Assembly (NCBI GenBank): GCA_965219455.1
Contig: OZ244744.1
Location: 2,144,001-2,208,000, forward strand
Length of the DNA stretch: 64,000 bases
Direction: 5' to 3'
DNA from: Candidatus Latescibacterota bacterium
GTDB lineage: Bacteria; Latescibacterota; UBA2968; GCA-2709665
The notes below the pieces were generated by a model that saw nothing but the letters and a program-made list of their open reading frames with translations, was not told the DNA's origin and made no database searches. Shown here one piece after another: positions 63,635 through 64,000 of this stretch. Position 1 is the stretch's first letter, and the number at the start of each line of letters is the position of its first letter. The translations under genes were made by a program, and so were the position numbers.

Positions 63635-63692
63635 CAGCCCGTTGAAAAAGTCCATCCGGCCTCGCCTGCAGAGCAACTTTTTCAACGGACTG
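63635..63692. mobile_element. MITE family 2 (58 bp)
   Basis: TIRs CAGCCCGTTGAAAAAGT ... ACTTTTTCAACGGACTG, abutting the ribD stop. Confidence 0.7.
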
Positions 63693-64000
63693 TCAGGGCG
63701 CCCGTGTCGGGACGGCAGCGCCCTTCACCCGTGCCGTGTAAAATAAATCGGGACCGGTCCAATCCACGTCGACTTCATTCAGAAGAATCGCATCCACCAC
63801 TCTTGTTATCCCAAGATCACCCACCGAGTCAATCCCCTTACCCAAAATCACGGGGGCGATAAACACCGCCAGCCTGTCGATCAACCGGTCGCGCATCGCG
63901 GACGCCGCCACCGTACCGCCGCCTTCAATCAACACATGGGTGATTCCTTCATTGCCCGCCCGGGAAAGCACGTCTCGGAGCATGGGCCTTCCATCCATCT
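63693..64000 (-). CDS. ribD: RibD reductase domain C-terminus (partial)
   Basis: VLIEGGG, FIAPVILG, GPDL; directly upstream of ribE. Confidence 0.9.
   Translation of the reverse strand, partial: MDGRPMLRDVLSRAGNEGITHVLIEGGGTVAASAMRDRLIDRLAVFIAPVILGKGIDSVGDLGITRVVDAILLNEVDVDWTGPDLFYTARVKGAAVPTRAP

Overview
A GC-rich bacterial chromosomal window. A dockerin-like double EF-hand protein, a GWxTD protein and many Gfo/Idh/MocA and sialidase-type genes suggest a Latescibacterota-like or FCB-related lineage (inference only). 1-11.3 kb: partial TPR-GWxTD gene and a catabolic cluster (hydrolase, two Gfo/Idh/MocA, nitrilase, beta-propeller, class III aminotransferase, TPP E1 alpha/beta). 11.3-31.8 kb: accessory region with REP-like repeats, a long HelD carrying a nuclease-like insert, a complete group II intron, FG-GAP and ankyrin proteins, several collapsed pseudogenes (HlyD, Uma2, ABC permease, nucleotidyltransferase::uvrA) and an AT-rich three-gene operon (TIGR04255-like, unknown, ART-like) that is the best candidate for an uncharacterised toxin or defence system. 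31.8-35.4 kb: a CxxC/RAPP leader peptide, lipoprotein and ZnuD-like TonB receptor. 35-64 kb: mostly housekeeping genes (queD, hinT, yidD, lgt, AICAR transformylase behind a variant ZMP-riboswitch-like element, sigma factors, an ECF/anti-sigma/catalytically dead HtrA operon, acs, queC, CIRCE-groES-groEL, secA, nusB, rib genes), interspersed with two families of short inverted-repeat elements. No rRNA, tRNA or CRISPR was seen. All family calls come from motif recognition by eye; no database search was run.
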